From contig SSGT01000076.1 in assembly GCA_008017065.1 (NCBI GenBank), positions 1-42,704 of the forward strand: 42,704 nt of DNA, read 5' to 3'. Below are positions 1 through 9,789 of the stretch, in pieces (within the stretch, counting starts at the first letter, position 1; every line of letters begins with the position of its first letter). The stretch is from Crocinitomicaceae bacterium (GTDB lineage Bacteria; Bacteroidota; Bacteroidia; Flavobacteriales_D; Crocinitomicaceae). Position numbers and translations under genes: made by a program. Under the pieces are notes generated by a model. That model saw only the letters and a list, made by a program, of their open reading frames with translations, was not told the origin of the DNA and did no database searches.

Positions 1-68
1 AATTTGACGAAACCGAAAACATGGCTGAATTGATCGTGGAAGAGATCAATGAAGTGGATGAAGAGTAA
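1..68 (+). CDS. 3' end of an upstream CDS entering from the left edge (unknown product, acidic tail ...AELIVEEINEVDEE*)
   Basis: Frame 3 is open from the window edge to TAA at 66-68. It is absent from the ORF track because it has no start in the window. Confidence 0.35.
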   Translation, partial: FDETENMAELIVEEINEVDEE

Positions 69-80
69 GATGCGTTGTTT

Positions 81-740
81 ATGAACGTTCTGATCACCAA
101 ACCAATCGCCGAACTTCAACAATTGGGTTCATTTTTAGCACGTAGAAATTGTTCGCTCATCGCACAATCCTTCATTGAATTTGAGTTGGTGAACGCTACA
201 TTTCCTGCAGCTTACGATGCCATTTTCTTCGGAAGCAAGAATGCATATCGCTTTTATACACAACAAGCTGATTTGCCCAAACACGTGTTGGTTGCGTGCA
301 TCGGTGAAACTACGCGAAATGTGTTAGCAAAAGCAGGAGTTCATGTTGATTTTTACGGAACGCATGCAGGGAAACCAGATGAGGTGGCGTTGGAGTTGGT
401 AAAATGGCTCGGTCACCGCACGGTTTTGATTCCACTTTCCGACGTGAGTAATCGCTCGATGTCTAAACAAATTCCCGCTGCTCAGTGTGAAGAAGTGGTT
501 GTTTATCGAACGAAGTCGATCGCAAAGTCCATCCAAGAACAACTTGATTGGGTGGTTTTTACAAGTCCATCCAATGTTCATGGTTTTTTGTTATCAAATC
601 AGGTCAATCCAATGACGAAAACGGTTGCGTGGGGAAATACAACCGCACAAGCAATGAGAGACAAGCAAATTCGAGTCGATTTTGTATTAGCAGATTCGTC
701 CGAAACTGAATTGATTGATTTACTCAGGTCTGAATTGTGA
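81..740 (+). CDS. hemD: uroporphyrinogen-III synthase (HemD family)
   Basis: About 220 aa with the two-lobe HemD pattern: AIFFGSKNAYRFY in the first half and WVVFTSPSNVHGF in the second. The track start at 75 is TTG; the ATG at 81 is more likely. Confidence 0.75.
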   Translation: MNVLITKPIAELQQLGSFLARRNCSLIAQSFIEFELVNATFPAAYDAIFFGSKNAYRFYTQQADLPKHVLVACIGETTRNVLAKAGVHVDFYGTHAGKPDEVALELVKWLGHRTVLIPLSDVSNRSMSKQIPAAQCEEVVVYRTKSIAKSIQEQLDWVVFTSPSNVHGFLLSNQVNPMTKTVAWGNTTAQAMRDKQIRVDFVLADSSETELIDLLRSEL

Positions 741-826
741 AAAAACCGGATTTCGCGGTTAATAAATCGTATGATTTTGCGAAAAATAGCGAGCGATAAG
801 CGGTTAAATACAGTTACTTTTGCACC

Positions 827-1732
827 ATGGAAACACACATTCCTTATTTAATTCCAGGTGATACGATAGCGATTGTAGCTCCGGCCAAAGCAATCGATGC
901 ATCGTTGGTAGACGAGGCGAAGTTGTTTTTTGAAACAGCAGGTTTTCGCGTCAAAATTGGGAAACACTGTAAGGGCGAATTTCATTATTTTTCTGGAACT
1001 GATTGGGAGCGTGCTTCTGATTTCCAAGCAGCAATTGAAGATCCTGATGTGAAAGCAATTATTTGTGCAAGAGGAGGTTATGGATGTATTCGGATTGTAG
1101 ATTTAATCAATTGGGCTGGTATGTTGCGGTTTCCAAAATGGATCGTTGGTTTTTCGGATGTTACTGTTTTTCATCAACGTATGCAGCGCTACCAATTGCC
1201 TAGTATACATGCAACTATGCCGCTTAATTTCAGTTCAAATTCGGATGCTGCAAGGTCGAGTTTACTGGATGCATTGTGCGGAAAATCCCTTGTATACGAA
1301 CTAGAATCGCTCGCGGAAAACAAAATTGGTTGCGCAACAGGCACCTTGATCGGCGGAAATCTGTCGATTTTGTACAGTTTGTTGGGGACGGATGAACAAC
1401 CAAATTACAAAGGGTGCGTTTTGTTTGTGGAGGATCTTGCAGAGCAATTGTATCATATCGATCGTATGTTTTACGCATTTGCCAAAGCAGGAGTTTTGGA
1501 TGAAATTAGTGGATTGATCGTTGGTGGAATGACTGATTTGAAAGATACTGCGACTCCCTTTGGCCAGTCGTTATCGGAAATCATTCTGAATCATTTTGCA
1601 CTTCGAAATATCCCGATTGCATTTGGTTTTCCAGCAGGTCATATCGATGACAACCGGGCATTGATTTTTGGTACAGAAGTTGAGTTAGATGTTGCAGAAA
1701 AAGAAGTTAGTTTACGTATTGTTGCGAATTAA
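827..1732 (+). CDS. LD-carboxypeptidase (peptidase S66, muramoyltetrapeptide carboxypeptidase-like)
   Basis: 301 aa. Contains ARGGYGCIRI, the nucleophile motif GFSDVT, FVEDLAE and a C-terminal PAGHIDDN, which fits the S66 Ser-Glu-His layout. Confidence 0.8.
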   Translation: METHIPYLIPGDTIAIVAPAKAIDASLVDEAKLFFETAGFRVKIGKHCKGEFHYFSGTDWERASDFQAAIEDPDVKAIICARGGYGCIRIVDLINWAGMLRFPKWIVGFSDVTVFHQRMQRYQLPSIHATMPLNFSSNSDAARSSLLDALCGKSLVYELESLAENKIGCATGTLIGGNLSILYSLLGTDEQPNYKGCVLFVEDLAEQLYHIDRMFYAFAKAGVLDEISGLIVGGMTDLKDTATPFGQSLSEIILNHFALRNIPIAFGFPAGHIDDNRALIFGTEVELDVAEKEVSLRIVAN

Positions 1733-1741
1733 GAATTGAGT

Positions 1742-2416
1742 ATGAAGTATTTTTTTGGGTTGTTGTTTTTACTTTTCACCATGGGTTCGTGCGTGGAAAT
1801 CATTGATGATTTGTACGTGAAAAGTGACGGATCAGGAACATTCAAATATACAGTGAATTTGAGTTCAAGCGTGGTCAAAATCAATTCTATTTTAGCGCTC
1901 GACAGCTTGGACGGACGCAAAGTGCCGAGTATCTCGGAGATTCAAGAGAAGTTGAATGCCTACCTTACCAAATTGGAAAAGAAGGAGGGACTTTCTAACG
2001 TCAAATTGGATGCAAATTACAAAGATTTCATTTTCAAGTTTCAGTGCGAATTTACCAATGTACAAGTGCTTCAAAAGGCGATCAAGGAAATCGTTCAAGA
2101 AGAGAACAAAAATACGGAGATCAAAGAGTTAGATCACAATTGGTTGGCGTGGGACGGAACAAAACTCGTGCGTTCAATTCCAACAATGCCTGAAAAAATT
2201 ACGGAACGTATGAAAAAAGAGGATGCTGAAGCCTTGCAAAAAGGAACGTATCTGTCCATTTCAAGATTTGATAGAACGATCGAAAAATACGACAATCCGG
2301 TGGCTAAGTTATCTGGAAATAAATTAGCAATTTTGATAAAAACGAATCCATATTCATTGACGCAAAACACAGAATTATTGGAAAATACAATTTACCTTAG
2401 CGCTTTGAAAAAATAG
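1742..2416 (+). CDS. lipoprotein of unknown function
   Basis: N-terminus MKYFFGLLFLLFTMGSC has a signal peptide and a lipobox Cys. No recognisable catalytic motif. The ATG at 1742 is preferred over the TTG at 1736. Confidence 0.6.
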   Translation: MKYFFGLLFLLFTMGSCVEIIDDLYVKSDGSGTFKYTVNLSSSVVKINSILALDSLDGRKVPSISEIQEKLNAYLTKLEKKEGLSNVKLDANYKDFIFKFQCEFTNVQVLQKAIKEIVQEENKNTEIKELDHNWLAWDGTKLVRSIPTMPEKITERMKKEDAEALQKGTYLSISRFDRTIEKYDNPVAKLSGNKLAILIKTNPYSLTQNTELLENTIYLSALKK

Positions 2417-2481
2417 ATCGTTTAAATGGTGTTTTTGTTTGCAAAATACCGTACATTGTAAAAAAGTTGTCAGTACTCACT

Positions 2482-4389
2482 ATGAAATATGTAAGTTCCA
2501 TTTTTAGCATTTTAGCATGCTCCTTGTTTTTTGCACAACAGCAACAACAAACGAGTACGGCGGGTACTTTTTCTTCTGAAGATTTGATTCCATTGGATGC
2601 AGTGACAGTCTTTAGCATAAACAACATTTCGTTGCTGAAAAAAGTTTCGATGGACGAATTGGTTCAGTATGAGTTCATGGCTGAAGTCCAATCGGAGTTG
2701 TTTGACGGATCGACACAAGGCAAAACATTAAAAGAATCCGGAATCGATTTCGATCAAAAACTGAATGTTTTTTATGGATTGAACGAAAATTTTGAAATCG
2801 CTGGTTTCACCTTTGGGATCAAAGACAAAAAACAATTGTTTAATGTTTTCGATGATTTTGAACCCGCAGCGAGTAACATCAAAGGAGTTGAATTTTATAG
2901 AAGCTATTCCAACTATTTGATTATTAAAGGAAATTCAGGGATCGTTTTGCGTGTGGATCCAAGTTACGAGAAAGTTTCAGTGATTACCGATTCCATTTGG
3001 TATGCGCGCGGCTTTGGTTATTTTGACGACGGGACGTCTGAGGAAGACGAGTATGAAGAAATTGATGACTATGGCTATGAAATTCCGAGCAATTCTGACA
3101 TCGAGGAGGCCGAAAATGAAGTAATCGAAGAAGAACAAATCGAAGGCGAAATGGACGAAACCGATTTGCTTTCAAAAAATTACTGGGAAATGCGTGACAG
3201 TATTACCGTAGAATTGCAAAGTAAATACATGACCAAAATTTGCGACGATTTGTTTGTGAAAGAATTGAATTTAAAGAAACAAGATCCCAAATTAGCCGCG
3301 CAATTGTTGCACACATCCGACGGGATTTTTTACCTAGACAATTCGAGGAATTTCAGAAATTCAAGAGGTTTGTGGCATTTTCAAACCTTGTTTCCGGAGT
3401 TGTTTTCGGATATGAAAGACCTTTACACAGGCAATGTCATGCTTGGCGATATTGAATTGAAGGAAAATTCAGTAGACATCTACTTCGAAGCAAATTACGG
3501 CGAATCGTTGGGCGCTATTTATGAAAAACTGAATAGTACGAAATTCGATAAAAATGTGTTGAAGTATATTCATGAAAGCAGCACGGGTTTCTTCACTTAC
3601 AACATCAACTTGAAGGAAGGCTACAACCAAGCATACGACATTATCATTCCGATATTAAGCAAGGAAAAAGATCCGCGTATTTCCAGCAACGTGTTGATGG
3701 CTGAATTGATTAACGAATTTGTGGATACCGATGCGCTTTTTGAAACCTACAAAGGAAGTATGTTTGGAAGTTTTAATGGAATCAAGAAAGTTAAAACAAC
3801 GAGAATTGAGTTCATTTACGATGAAAATACCTTCGAGTACGAAGAAAAAGAAATTCAAGGAGAAGAGGACATGCCAATCTTTACGCTGGGTTTCTCAACC
3901 AACCGAAGTGATATTCCGGAGAAAATTTTGAAACACTTTGGTCGGATGACCTCTCGTTTTAAAAACATGGGTTCTTACTGGATGGTAGAAGACGCTGTTT
4001 TTAATTCTGTCCCTTTGTATATCATTAATAAGAACGGATTGTTGATTTTTACCAACGATGAAGATTTGGCAAAAAATCACAGCGATGGATATGGTTCAAA
4101 CGCACTGAAGGGAAAACGCGCAAAAGCTGCCAAGTCGAGCAAATTTATGTATGGATACTTCGATTGGGGCGTTGCGTTGTCAAGTTTGCCTCGCGAAATG
4201 TTTAACACCCGTCAAAATGAGATTTTAGATGCGATGCGCGGTAAAACGGGCGTCTTGGAATTGGTTTCGTCGGATATTACAAAAACAAAAACGAAGTTCA
4301 ATCTCACCTATAATTTTGACGGAACCTACGACAATTCAGGTAAATACTTGTTGGATTTGGTCAACTCAGTGTACGTTTTGTCTAAATAA
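2482..4389 (+). CDS. secreted protein of unknown function (possibly DUF4836-like) with an internal acidic low-complexity segment
   Basis: Signal peptide MKYVSSIFSILACSLFFA|QQQQQ, then a long uninterrupted ORF. Acidic tract DDGTSEEDEYEEIDDYGYE...EEEQIEGEMDETD. The ATG at 2482 is preferred over the TTG at 2467. Confidence 0.6.
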   Translation: MKYVSSIFSILACSLFFAQQQQQTSTAGTFSSEDLIPLDAVTVFSINNISLLKKVSMDELVQYEFMAEVQSELFDGSTQGKTLKESGIDFDQKLNVFYGLNENFEIAGFTFGIKDKKQLFNVFDDFEPAASNIKGVEFYRSYSNYLIIKGNSGIVLRVDPSYEKVSVITDSIWYARGFGYFDDGTSEEDEYEEIDDYGYEIPSNSDIEEAENEVIEEEQIEGEMDETDLLSKNYWEMRDSITVELQSKYMTKICDDLFVKELNLKKQDPKLAAQLLHTSDGIFYLDNSRNFRNSRGLWHFQTLFPELFSDMKDLYTGNVMLGDIELKENSVDIYFEANYGESLGAIYEKLNSTKFDKNVLKYIHESSTGFFTYNINLKEGYNQAYDIIIPILSKEKDPRISSNVLMAELINEFVDTDALFETYKGSMFGSFNGIKKVKTTRIEFIYDENTFEYEEKEIQGEEDMPIFTLGFSTNRSDIPEKILKHFGRMTSRFKNMGSYWMVEDAVFNSVPLYIINKNGLLIFTNDEDLAKNHSDGYGSNALKGKRAKAAKSSKFMYGYFDWGVALSSLPREMFNTRQNEILDAMRGKTGVLELVSSDITKTKTKFNLTYNFDGTYDNSGKYLLDLVNSVYVLSK

Positions 4390-4404
4390 ACTACTTTTCA
4401 AACC

Positions 4405-5733
4405 ATGGCTCGGAAAGTTTTATTCATCGTTTTTTTATTGGCTTTATTGGTTGGATTTTTCTATTACAAACCACTTTTTGGTAAAAATTTGCCCGAGCCT
4501 TCGTTGGTAGATCGATTGCCCAACGGTGATTTTTTGGGTAGAATTTACGTACTGGATGTCGCACGTGAATCAACGCCGATGATGTTTTACAATAAAATTC
4601 CCGTGCGTGATTTTACGACACATGAGTTTTTGTTGGCACAAGGAAAAAGCTACGGCTTAGATTTGCAAAAACCAGCCTATTTCTTTGCCAATGCAACGGG
4701 TGAATGGGGCGCATTGGTGGAAGTCAGCGATTCAAACAAAATCCTACCAGGAATCGAGCGATTGCGCAAAACAATTGAGTTGGTAGATACGCTCGTTAGC
4801 GATCAAAAAGTGCACGTTTTCAAAGAAGAACATCTGTATTTGACCTACGGGAAAAAATGGTTTTTCATTTACAAGGGAAATCAAATTCCAAAACGGTTGT
4901 ATCACGTCAAATTTGCAGAGAAAAATGACATTACTGCCGCGTGGAAAGCCTTTGTAGATGAAAAGCAATTCAGGGACGAGAAACTGGTGATTTATTCGAA
5001 TTACAAGAAGTTAAAGGAGCAGGGTGTCGAAACGGCTTTGTTTGCGCACGACAGCGATTCAATGAATGTGCGCATTAAAGCGTACGTCCGTAACTCGAAA
5101 CCCTTGCACGTTTTTACCAAAGGACCAAGTTTGGCTTACAAAGGAAAAACCAGTACCGATAAGTTAATTAATCTGCATTTGAATGTCGATAAATTGCGGG
5201 ACGATACTTCGAATCCATTGTACAAATGGTTGGTTTCTAAAGGAAAAATAATCAGTTTTCCAACCGAGGCATTTTTGAAAGCATGGAATGGTGACATCTC
5301 GTTTCACCAAGGAGGAACGGTACAAGTCAAAGAAACATTCGTTGAGTCGGTATTGGACGAAGATTTCAATGTTTCTGAAGTCAAATCAACGCGCGTCAAA
5401 GAGATGCCTGGATTTGCGTTGATGCTGTCGATGAATCAATACCAACAGGAGTTTGTGCATCGCCTTTTCGCAAAAGGAATCATGCGCAAGGAGGGAAGCA
5501 AATTTTATTTCTTGAACTCACCGCCACTCCGAATCCGACAAACGAAATCTCATTTGTTTTTATATTCGTCGGATGCTACGCCAGCCACTGAATTGTCCAC
5601 ATCGAATGGCGGGGTTTGGAACGAACAAGGAATCAAGTATGGGTTTTCCATCGACTCGATTTCTCGCTACGAAGCATTCGCCACGGTTCATATCCCCGTG
5701 CGCCGATTGCTTAGACGAAGTAAATTCTTTTAG
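4405..5733 (+). CDS. N-terminally anchored protein of unknown function (possible distant paralog of the preceding gene)
   Basis: 442-aa ORF with one N-terminal hydrophobic helix (VLFIVFLLALLVGFFYY). It starts 16 nt after the preceding stop on the same strand. Confidence 0.55.
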   Translation: MARKVLFIVFLLALLVGFFYYKPLFGKNLPEPSLVDRLPNGDFLGRIYVLDVARESTPMMFYNKIPVRDFTTHEFLLAQGKSYGLDLQKPAYFFANATGEWGALVEVSDSNKILPGIERLRKTIELVDTLVSDQKVHVFKEEHLYLTYGKKWFFIYKGNQIPKRLYHVKFAEKNDITAAWKAFVDEKQFRDEKLVIYSNYKKLKEQGVETALFAHDSDSMNVRIKAYVRNSKPLHVFTKGPSLAYKGKTSTDKLINLHLNVDKLRDDTSNPLYKWLVSKGKIISFPTEAFLKAWNGDISFHQGGTVQVKETFVESVLDEDFNVSEVKSTRVKEMPGFALMLSMNQYQQEFVHRLFAKGIMRKEGSKFYFLNSPPLRIRQTKSHLFLYSSDATPATELSTSNGGVWNEQGIKYGFSIDSISRYEAFATVHIPVRRLLRRSKFF

Positions 5734-7172
5734 AATTTTACGTACACATTTTTCGCTTCCGTGAAGAAACGCAATGCTTCCCATCCGCCTTCACGACCAA
5801 CACCAGATGATTTTACACCACCAAAAGGTGTTCGTAGATCGCGAACCAACCACGCATTAATCCATACGATTCCAGCGTCAATCTGATCCGCCATGCGGTG
5901 CGCTCGTTGTAAGTCACTTGTCCACAGTGTAGCACTCAAGCCGTATTGCGTTGAATTCGCCATGGTCAACACTTCTTCTTCTGTATCGAAAGGGGTTAAC
6001 GTAACGACTGGACCAAAAATTTCTTCTTGGTTTGTTCTACAAGTATATGCAAGTCCTTCAATTACGGTTGGTTGCAGGTAATATCCATTGTTGTAGGGAG
6101 CCTCTAAGTGTACTTGATTTCCACCTGCAATTACCTTCCCGCCTTCTGTTTTTGCGAGCTCGATGTACGAAATTACTTTTTCCAAATGTGGTTTTGATAC
6201 CAAAGCGCCCATTTTTGCTTTTGGATCGGTCGGAAACGAAACAGTCAGTTTATTGACACGCTCAACAAATGCAGTTTTGAACTTGTCGTAGATTCCGCGC
6301 TGAACGAAAAGTCGCGAGCCACACAAGCAAATTTGCCCTTGATTGGCAAATGAAGAGCGAATTGTTGTGGTCAACATCGCGTCGAAATCACAATCGTCAA
6401 AAATGATGTTCGGATTTTTTCCGCCGAGTTCGAGCGACAATTTTTTAAACATAGGTGCTGCCGTTCGAGCGATGTATTCCCCCGTTTTTGTACCACCAGT
6501 AAACGAAATCGCTTTGATCTTTGGGTGTTTTACGATAGCATCTCCAACGCGGTGACCGTATCCGTGAATGATATTTAAAACTCCAGCTGGCATTCCGGCT
6601 TCTTCGAGTACTTGACCAAGTAAGTAAGCTGTATACGGAGTCACTTCGGATGGTTTTGCAATAACACAGTTTCCGGCGGCTAAAGCAGGTGCAATTTTCC
6701 ATGTAAATAAGTACAAGGGTAAATTCCAAGGAGAAATACATCCAACGATACCAATGGGTTTGCGTGTCGTGTAGTTGATACCCTCACCCTCCATCGCATG
6801 CGACTCGGATGCAAAATGTAGAATCGCGGTGGCGAAAAAATGAAAATTGGAAACAGCACGTGGAATATCTACGTGCGCTGCGAGCGATTCTGGTTTTCCG
6901 TTGTCTCGGGATTCTGCCTTTACAAATTCATCCATACGACGGTGAATTCCTTCCGAAACTTTGACCAAAATAGCGCTACGTGTTTCGATGTTCATCTTCG
7001 ACCAAATTGGAAACGCCTTTTCGGCTGCATCAACCGCATTTTGTACATCAAATTCGTCTGAATCCGGAATCAACGAATACACGTTTCCCGTGGCAGGCTC
7101 GAAATTCTCGAGGTACGTTTCGTTGACCGGTGCACAGTATGTACCGTTGATGAAGTTTTGAAGCTTTTCCAT
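5730..7172 (-). CDS. NAD(P)+-dependent aldehyde dehydrogenase (ALDH superfamily; hydroxymuconic-semialdehyde/ALDH8-like)
   Basis: 480 aa. Contains FTGGTKTG, the catalytic Glu motif LELGGKNP, the catalytic Cys motif FANQGQICLCGSR and EEIFGPV. Confidence 0.85.
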   Translation of the reverse strand: MEKLQNFINGTYCAPVNETYLENFEPATGNVYSLIPDSDEFDVQNAVDAAEKAFPIWSKMNIETRSAILVKVSEGIHRRMDEFVKAESRDNGKPESLAAHVDIPRAVSNFHFFATAILHFASESHAMEGEGINYTTRKPIGIVGCISPWNLPLYLFTWKIAPALAAGNCVIAKPSEVTPYTAYLLGQVLEEAGMPAGVLNIIHGYGHRVGDAIVKHPKIKAISFTGGTKTGEYIARTAAPMFKKLSLELGGKNPNIIFDDCDFDAMLTTTIRSSFANQGQICLCGSRLFVQRGIYDKFKTAFVERVNKLTVSFPTDPKAKMGALVSKPHLEKVISYIELAKTEGGKVIAGGNQVHLEAPYNNGYYLQPTVIEGLAYTCRTNQEEIFGPVVTLTPFDTEEEVLTMANSTQYGLSATLWTSDLQRAHRMADQIDAGIVWINAWLVRDLRTPFGGVKSSGVGREGGWEALRFFTEAKNVYVKF

Positions 7173-7259
7173 TGTGCGTAATTTCTGTGGTGTAAATTTA
7201 GCGTTTATTTCGTTCCAACTTTCAGGATGCGGCGGAGTTTTCCCGTTGGTTGTATTGAT

Positions 7260-8387
7260 TTATTTTTTGGATAAAAACCCCCAATACGTAGCGCGATTCA
7301 GTGCAAATAGCGTTGCATCTGGATAGGCGGTTTTAAAACTTGCGGGGAATTTCGGCTTTTTGCGTTTGTCCCAAATCGATTTGTAAGCTGTGACCTTATC
7401 GCCACGAATTTCTAGAAAATCCATTTGCTGTTTGGTGTGCGTTCTCCAAAAGGCATATTGACAGGTGTTTTCTTGACTTTGATTCCATTTGATTCGCTCC
7501 GAAATCAGCCAATTTTTCCACAATACATCGTGGTCGTTGCGGAGTTCAAAATCGTTGAAGTTGCGAATGATCGCATTTCGGATTCCGTTGTCCACAAAAT
7601 ATACGCAGTGCGTTTTTTTTAATTCGTATTTATGTCCGTTGTAATACGACGGAATTTTGATAAGTATGCATGCCTTTTCGAGTAATTCAATGTACCGTTC
7701 TACCGTTTCGTTGTCTAAACCAGCTTTGAATCCGATGTCGTTGTAGGAGATTGGCTCTCCAAGCTGGAAGGCTAGCGCTTGCAACATTTTTAAGAGTTTG
7801 TCGGATTTATTGATTCGTTCGTTTGGACTTAAATTCGTGAAAATCGCTTCTTCGAGTAATTGGATTAAAAAGTGTGAGGCATTTGCGGGATCTTCAATTA
7901 CTTGCGGATAGTTTCCGTAAATAAGTCGTTGCGTTATGTTTTTATCAAATTCGACGATTCCCTGAATCTGCGCCAATTCCTGAAAAAGTAGCGGATACAA
8001 GCGTAATTCCAATCCTTGCATCTGAAGAACTTCCCGAAGCACATCGTCTAAGATGGGTTCAAACGAGCAGTTTAAAATTAAGTTTATTGGATAATCTTGA
8101 AACAGAACCTCTTCGATGATTGTCTGTAAATGCAGGAGGTATTGAGCGTCGTCGATTACGATGTATTTGTGGGTTCCAAAAATAGCTTTGAGTGTCGATT
8201 CAGTCGGGTTTTCGAGTGATTTCTTCACCACTTTTGAATTTCCATCGAGTTGCAAGATGGTAGATTGATCAGCGATGCATAGACGGACTAATTGATTTTT
8301 ACCAACACTTTTTGGACCAAGTAAAACGAGGATCTTATTGTTTTCAATGTGCTGTTTTACTTTTTGTTGCAAAATTCTATCAATCAT
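7260..8387 (-). CDS. AAA-superfamily ATPase of the COG1373 type (AAA_14 + DUF4143-like) with variant P-loop
   Basis: P-loop LLGPKSVGKN, Walker B-like YIVIDDAQYL, then LRLYPLLFQELAQ and a C-terminal DUF4143-like region. Confidence 0.65.
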   Translation of the reverse strand: MIDRILQQKVKQHIENNKILVLLGPKSVGKNQLVRLCIADQSTILQLDGNSKVVKKSLENPTESTLKAIFGTHKYIVIDDAQYLLHLQTIIEEVLFQDYPINLILNCSFEPILDDVLREVLQMQGLELRLYPLLFQELAQIQGIVEFDKNITQRLIYGNYPQVIEDPANASHFLIQLLEEAIFTNLSPNERINKSDKLLKMLQALAFQLGEPISYNDIGFKAGLDNETVERYIELLEKACILIKIPSYYNGHKYELKKTHCVYFVDNGIRNAIIRNFNDFELRNDHDVLWKNWLISERIKWNQSQENTCQYAFWRTHTKQQMDFLEIRGDKVTAYKSIWDKRKKPKFPASFKTAYPDATLFALNRATYWGFLSKK

Positions 8388-8407
8388 TTTCCGGGGTTTT
8401 AGGAAGC

Positions 8408-8415
8408 CAAATTTA
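8408..8415 (-). promoter_or_regulatory. candidate Bacteroidota -7 promoter box (TAAATTTG) for the ATPase gene
   Basis: Perfect TAnnTTTG on the minus strand, ending 21 nt upstream of the ATG at 8387. Confidence 0.35.
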
Positions 8416-8472
8416 GCATTTCTGATTCATTTTCCTAATTAATTGATTGATATTTGCGGTATAAAGCGTTTT

Positions 8473-9708
8473 TTAAAACAGTTTAACCTTGTCAAAAAAA
8501 GACGTTGACCGGTTGGAATTCATGAATTTATTTCCTCCGTAGCAGGTGAGTTTAAACAATTGGTTTTCATATAAGAATACGCGTCGCCAGCAATCGCCAG
8601 ATCCATAAATGAACGTGATTCCTTCGTATGCTTCTACTGTTCCGTTTTGTAGCACTAATTTGGCTGGTGCAGATTTGGGTGTAAAAAATAATTCCGGCAA
8701 CAATTGTTTTAATGTCGTGCGTTCGGATTGCGGGATGATTTCGATGATGAAGGTGTTCCCTTGACCCATTTCTTGGTAGGTTAAGACATAGTTGCCTTGG
8801 GTTGTATCCATTTTGGGAACGCCACCGAATACCGCACTAAAGTTTCGTTTTTGGTCCACAAATGTATATGAATTGAATCGTCGGAGTTGGAGCTCAGCTT
8901 CCGTAGGTTTTTCAGCATAAGTGGCTGCTACTTGCCGCACGGTGTAGCCTTTGTTTTTCAATAATTGAATAATTCCTTCTGGACCAGCCAAATGTGCAGC
9001 TCCCACTGCGATGAACAAGCCGTGCTTTTTACACAAACTATCAATTCCAGCTGTCATTACTTGGTTTCGATTGGTAATCAGTAGGTTATATGCATTTCCA
9101 GAGATCGCAAGTTGCGTTTTTAACAGTTGACGCATGCTTTCAATGTCTCCTTGCAAATACGTATTTAGAACGTTCTCTTGACTAAAAATCAAGGCGTTGA
9201 TACTGTAGTCTCTGAAGTTGTTGTAGGTAATGTTTTCGTATGCTTCCAGTTGTGCTTCAACGGTCTCCAACGGGAAAAAAAGTTTGCCTGCGTTGTAGGC
9301 GATTTGTTGAAAATAAGCGTCCAAAAATTGCGGTCGTCCGTCTTCACTGCCGTACTTCGTCTCAGATGCTTTTTTGTCGGATGTGTATGGATTACCATTG
9401 ACGTCGTATTTCAATTTGGTGTTTTCGACACGGGTATCGTATTGTGTAAATAAGCTGTAAATGTCGGCTTCCAAAACAACGGCTTCTGCATGCAACAGCG
9501 CGGAGAAGGTACTGTCAGAAAATTCAAACAAGCGGCTGTCGTTGGAGTGATAACTTCCAAATAAATAACTCGGTTTTTTGAGACCTTTACCGGTGATTTG
9601 CCACAGCAATTGGTTGTGGGGATCAACGTGTTGACCAAACAACATGGACACAGAAAATCCAATGGCAATCGAAGCGCAAGCGAATTTGATTTTGATCGAA
9701 TTAAGCAT
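8473..9708 (-). CDS. TraB/GumN family protein with a C-terminal extension
   Basis: Contains LLWQITGKGLKKPSYLFGSYHSND and FIAVGAAHLAGPEGIIQLLKNKGYTV, both typical of TraB/GumN. Signal peptide ends MLFG|QHV. About 130 extra C-terminal residues. Confidence 0.7.
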   Translation of the reverse strand: MLNSIKIKFACASIAIGFSVSMLFGQHVDPHNQLLWQITGKGLKKPSYLFGSYHSNDSRLFEFSDSTFSALLHAEAVVLEADIYSLFTQYDTRVENTKLKYDVNGNPYTSDKKASETKYGSEDGRPQFLDAYFQQIAYNAGKLFFPLETVEAQLEAYENITYNNFRDYSINALIFSQENVLNTYLQGDIESMRQLLKTQLAISGNAYNLLITNRNQVMTAGIDSLCKKHGLFIAVGAAHLAGPEGIIQLLKNKGYTVRQVAATYAEKPTEAELQLRRFNSYTFVDQKRNFSAVFGGVPKMDTTQGNYVLTYQEMGQGNTFIIEIIPQSERTTLKQLLPELFFTPKSAPAKLVLQNGTVEAYEGITFIYGSGDCWRRVFLYENQLFKLTCYGGNKFMNSNRSTSFFDKVKLF

Positions 9709-9789
9709 GTGTTTTTGAAGTTCTAAACGTTAATTTCAGTTGGAAGTTACCAATTTTCAGTTGATTTATTACTTCCACACGAATGATTT

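Noticed and set aside
815-822. TACTTTTG box upstream of the LD-carboxypeptidase gene as a promoter
   Set aside because: It ends only 4 nt before the ATG at 827, so the expected transcription start would fall inside the CDS. It is either leaderless or not a promoter.
2536-2550. CAA/CAG repeat encoding QQQQQ
   Set aside because: It is only five codons, located right after the signal-peptide cleavage site. It is not a microsatellite or phase-variation tract of meaningful length.
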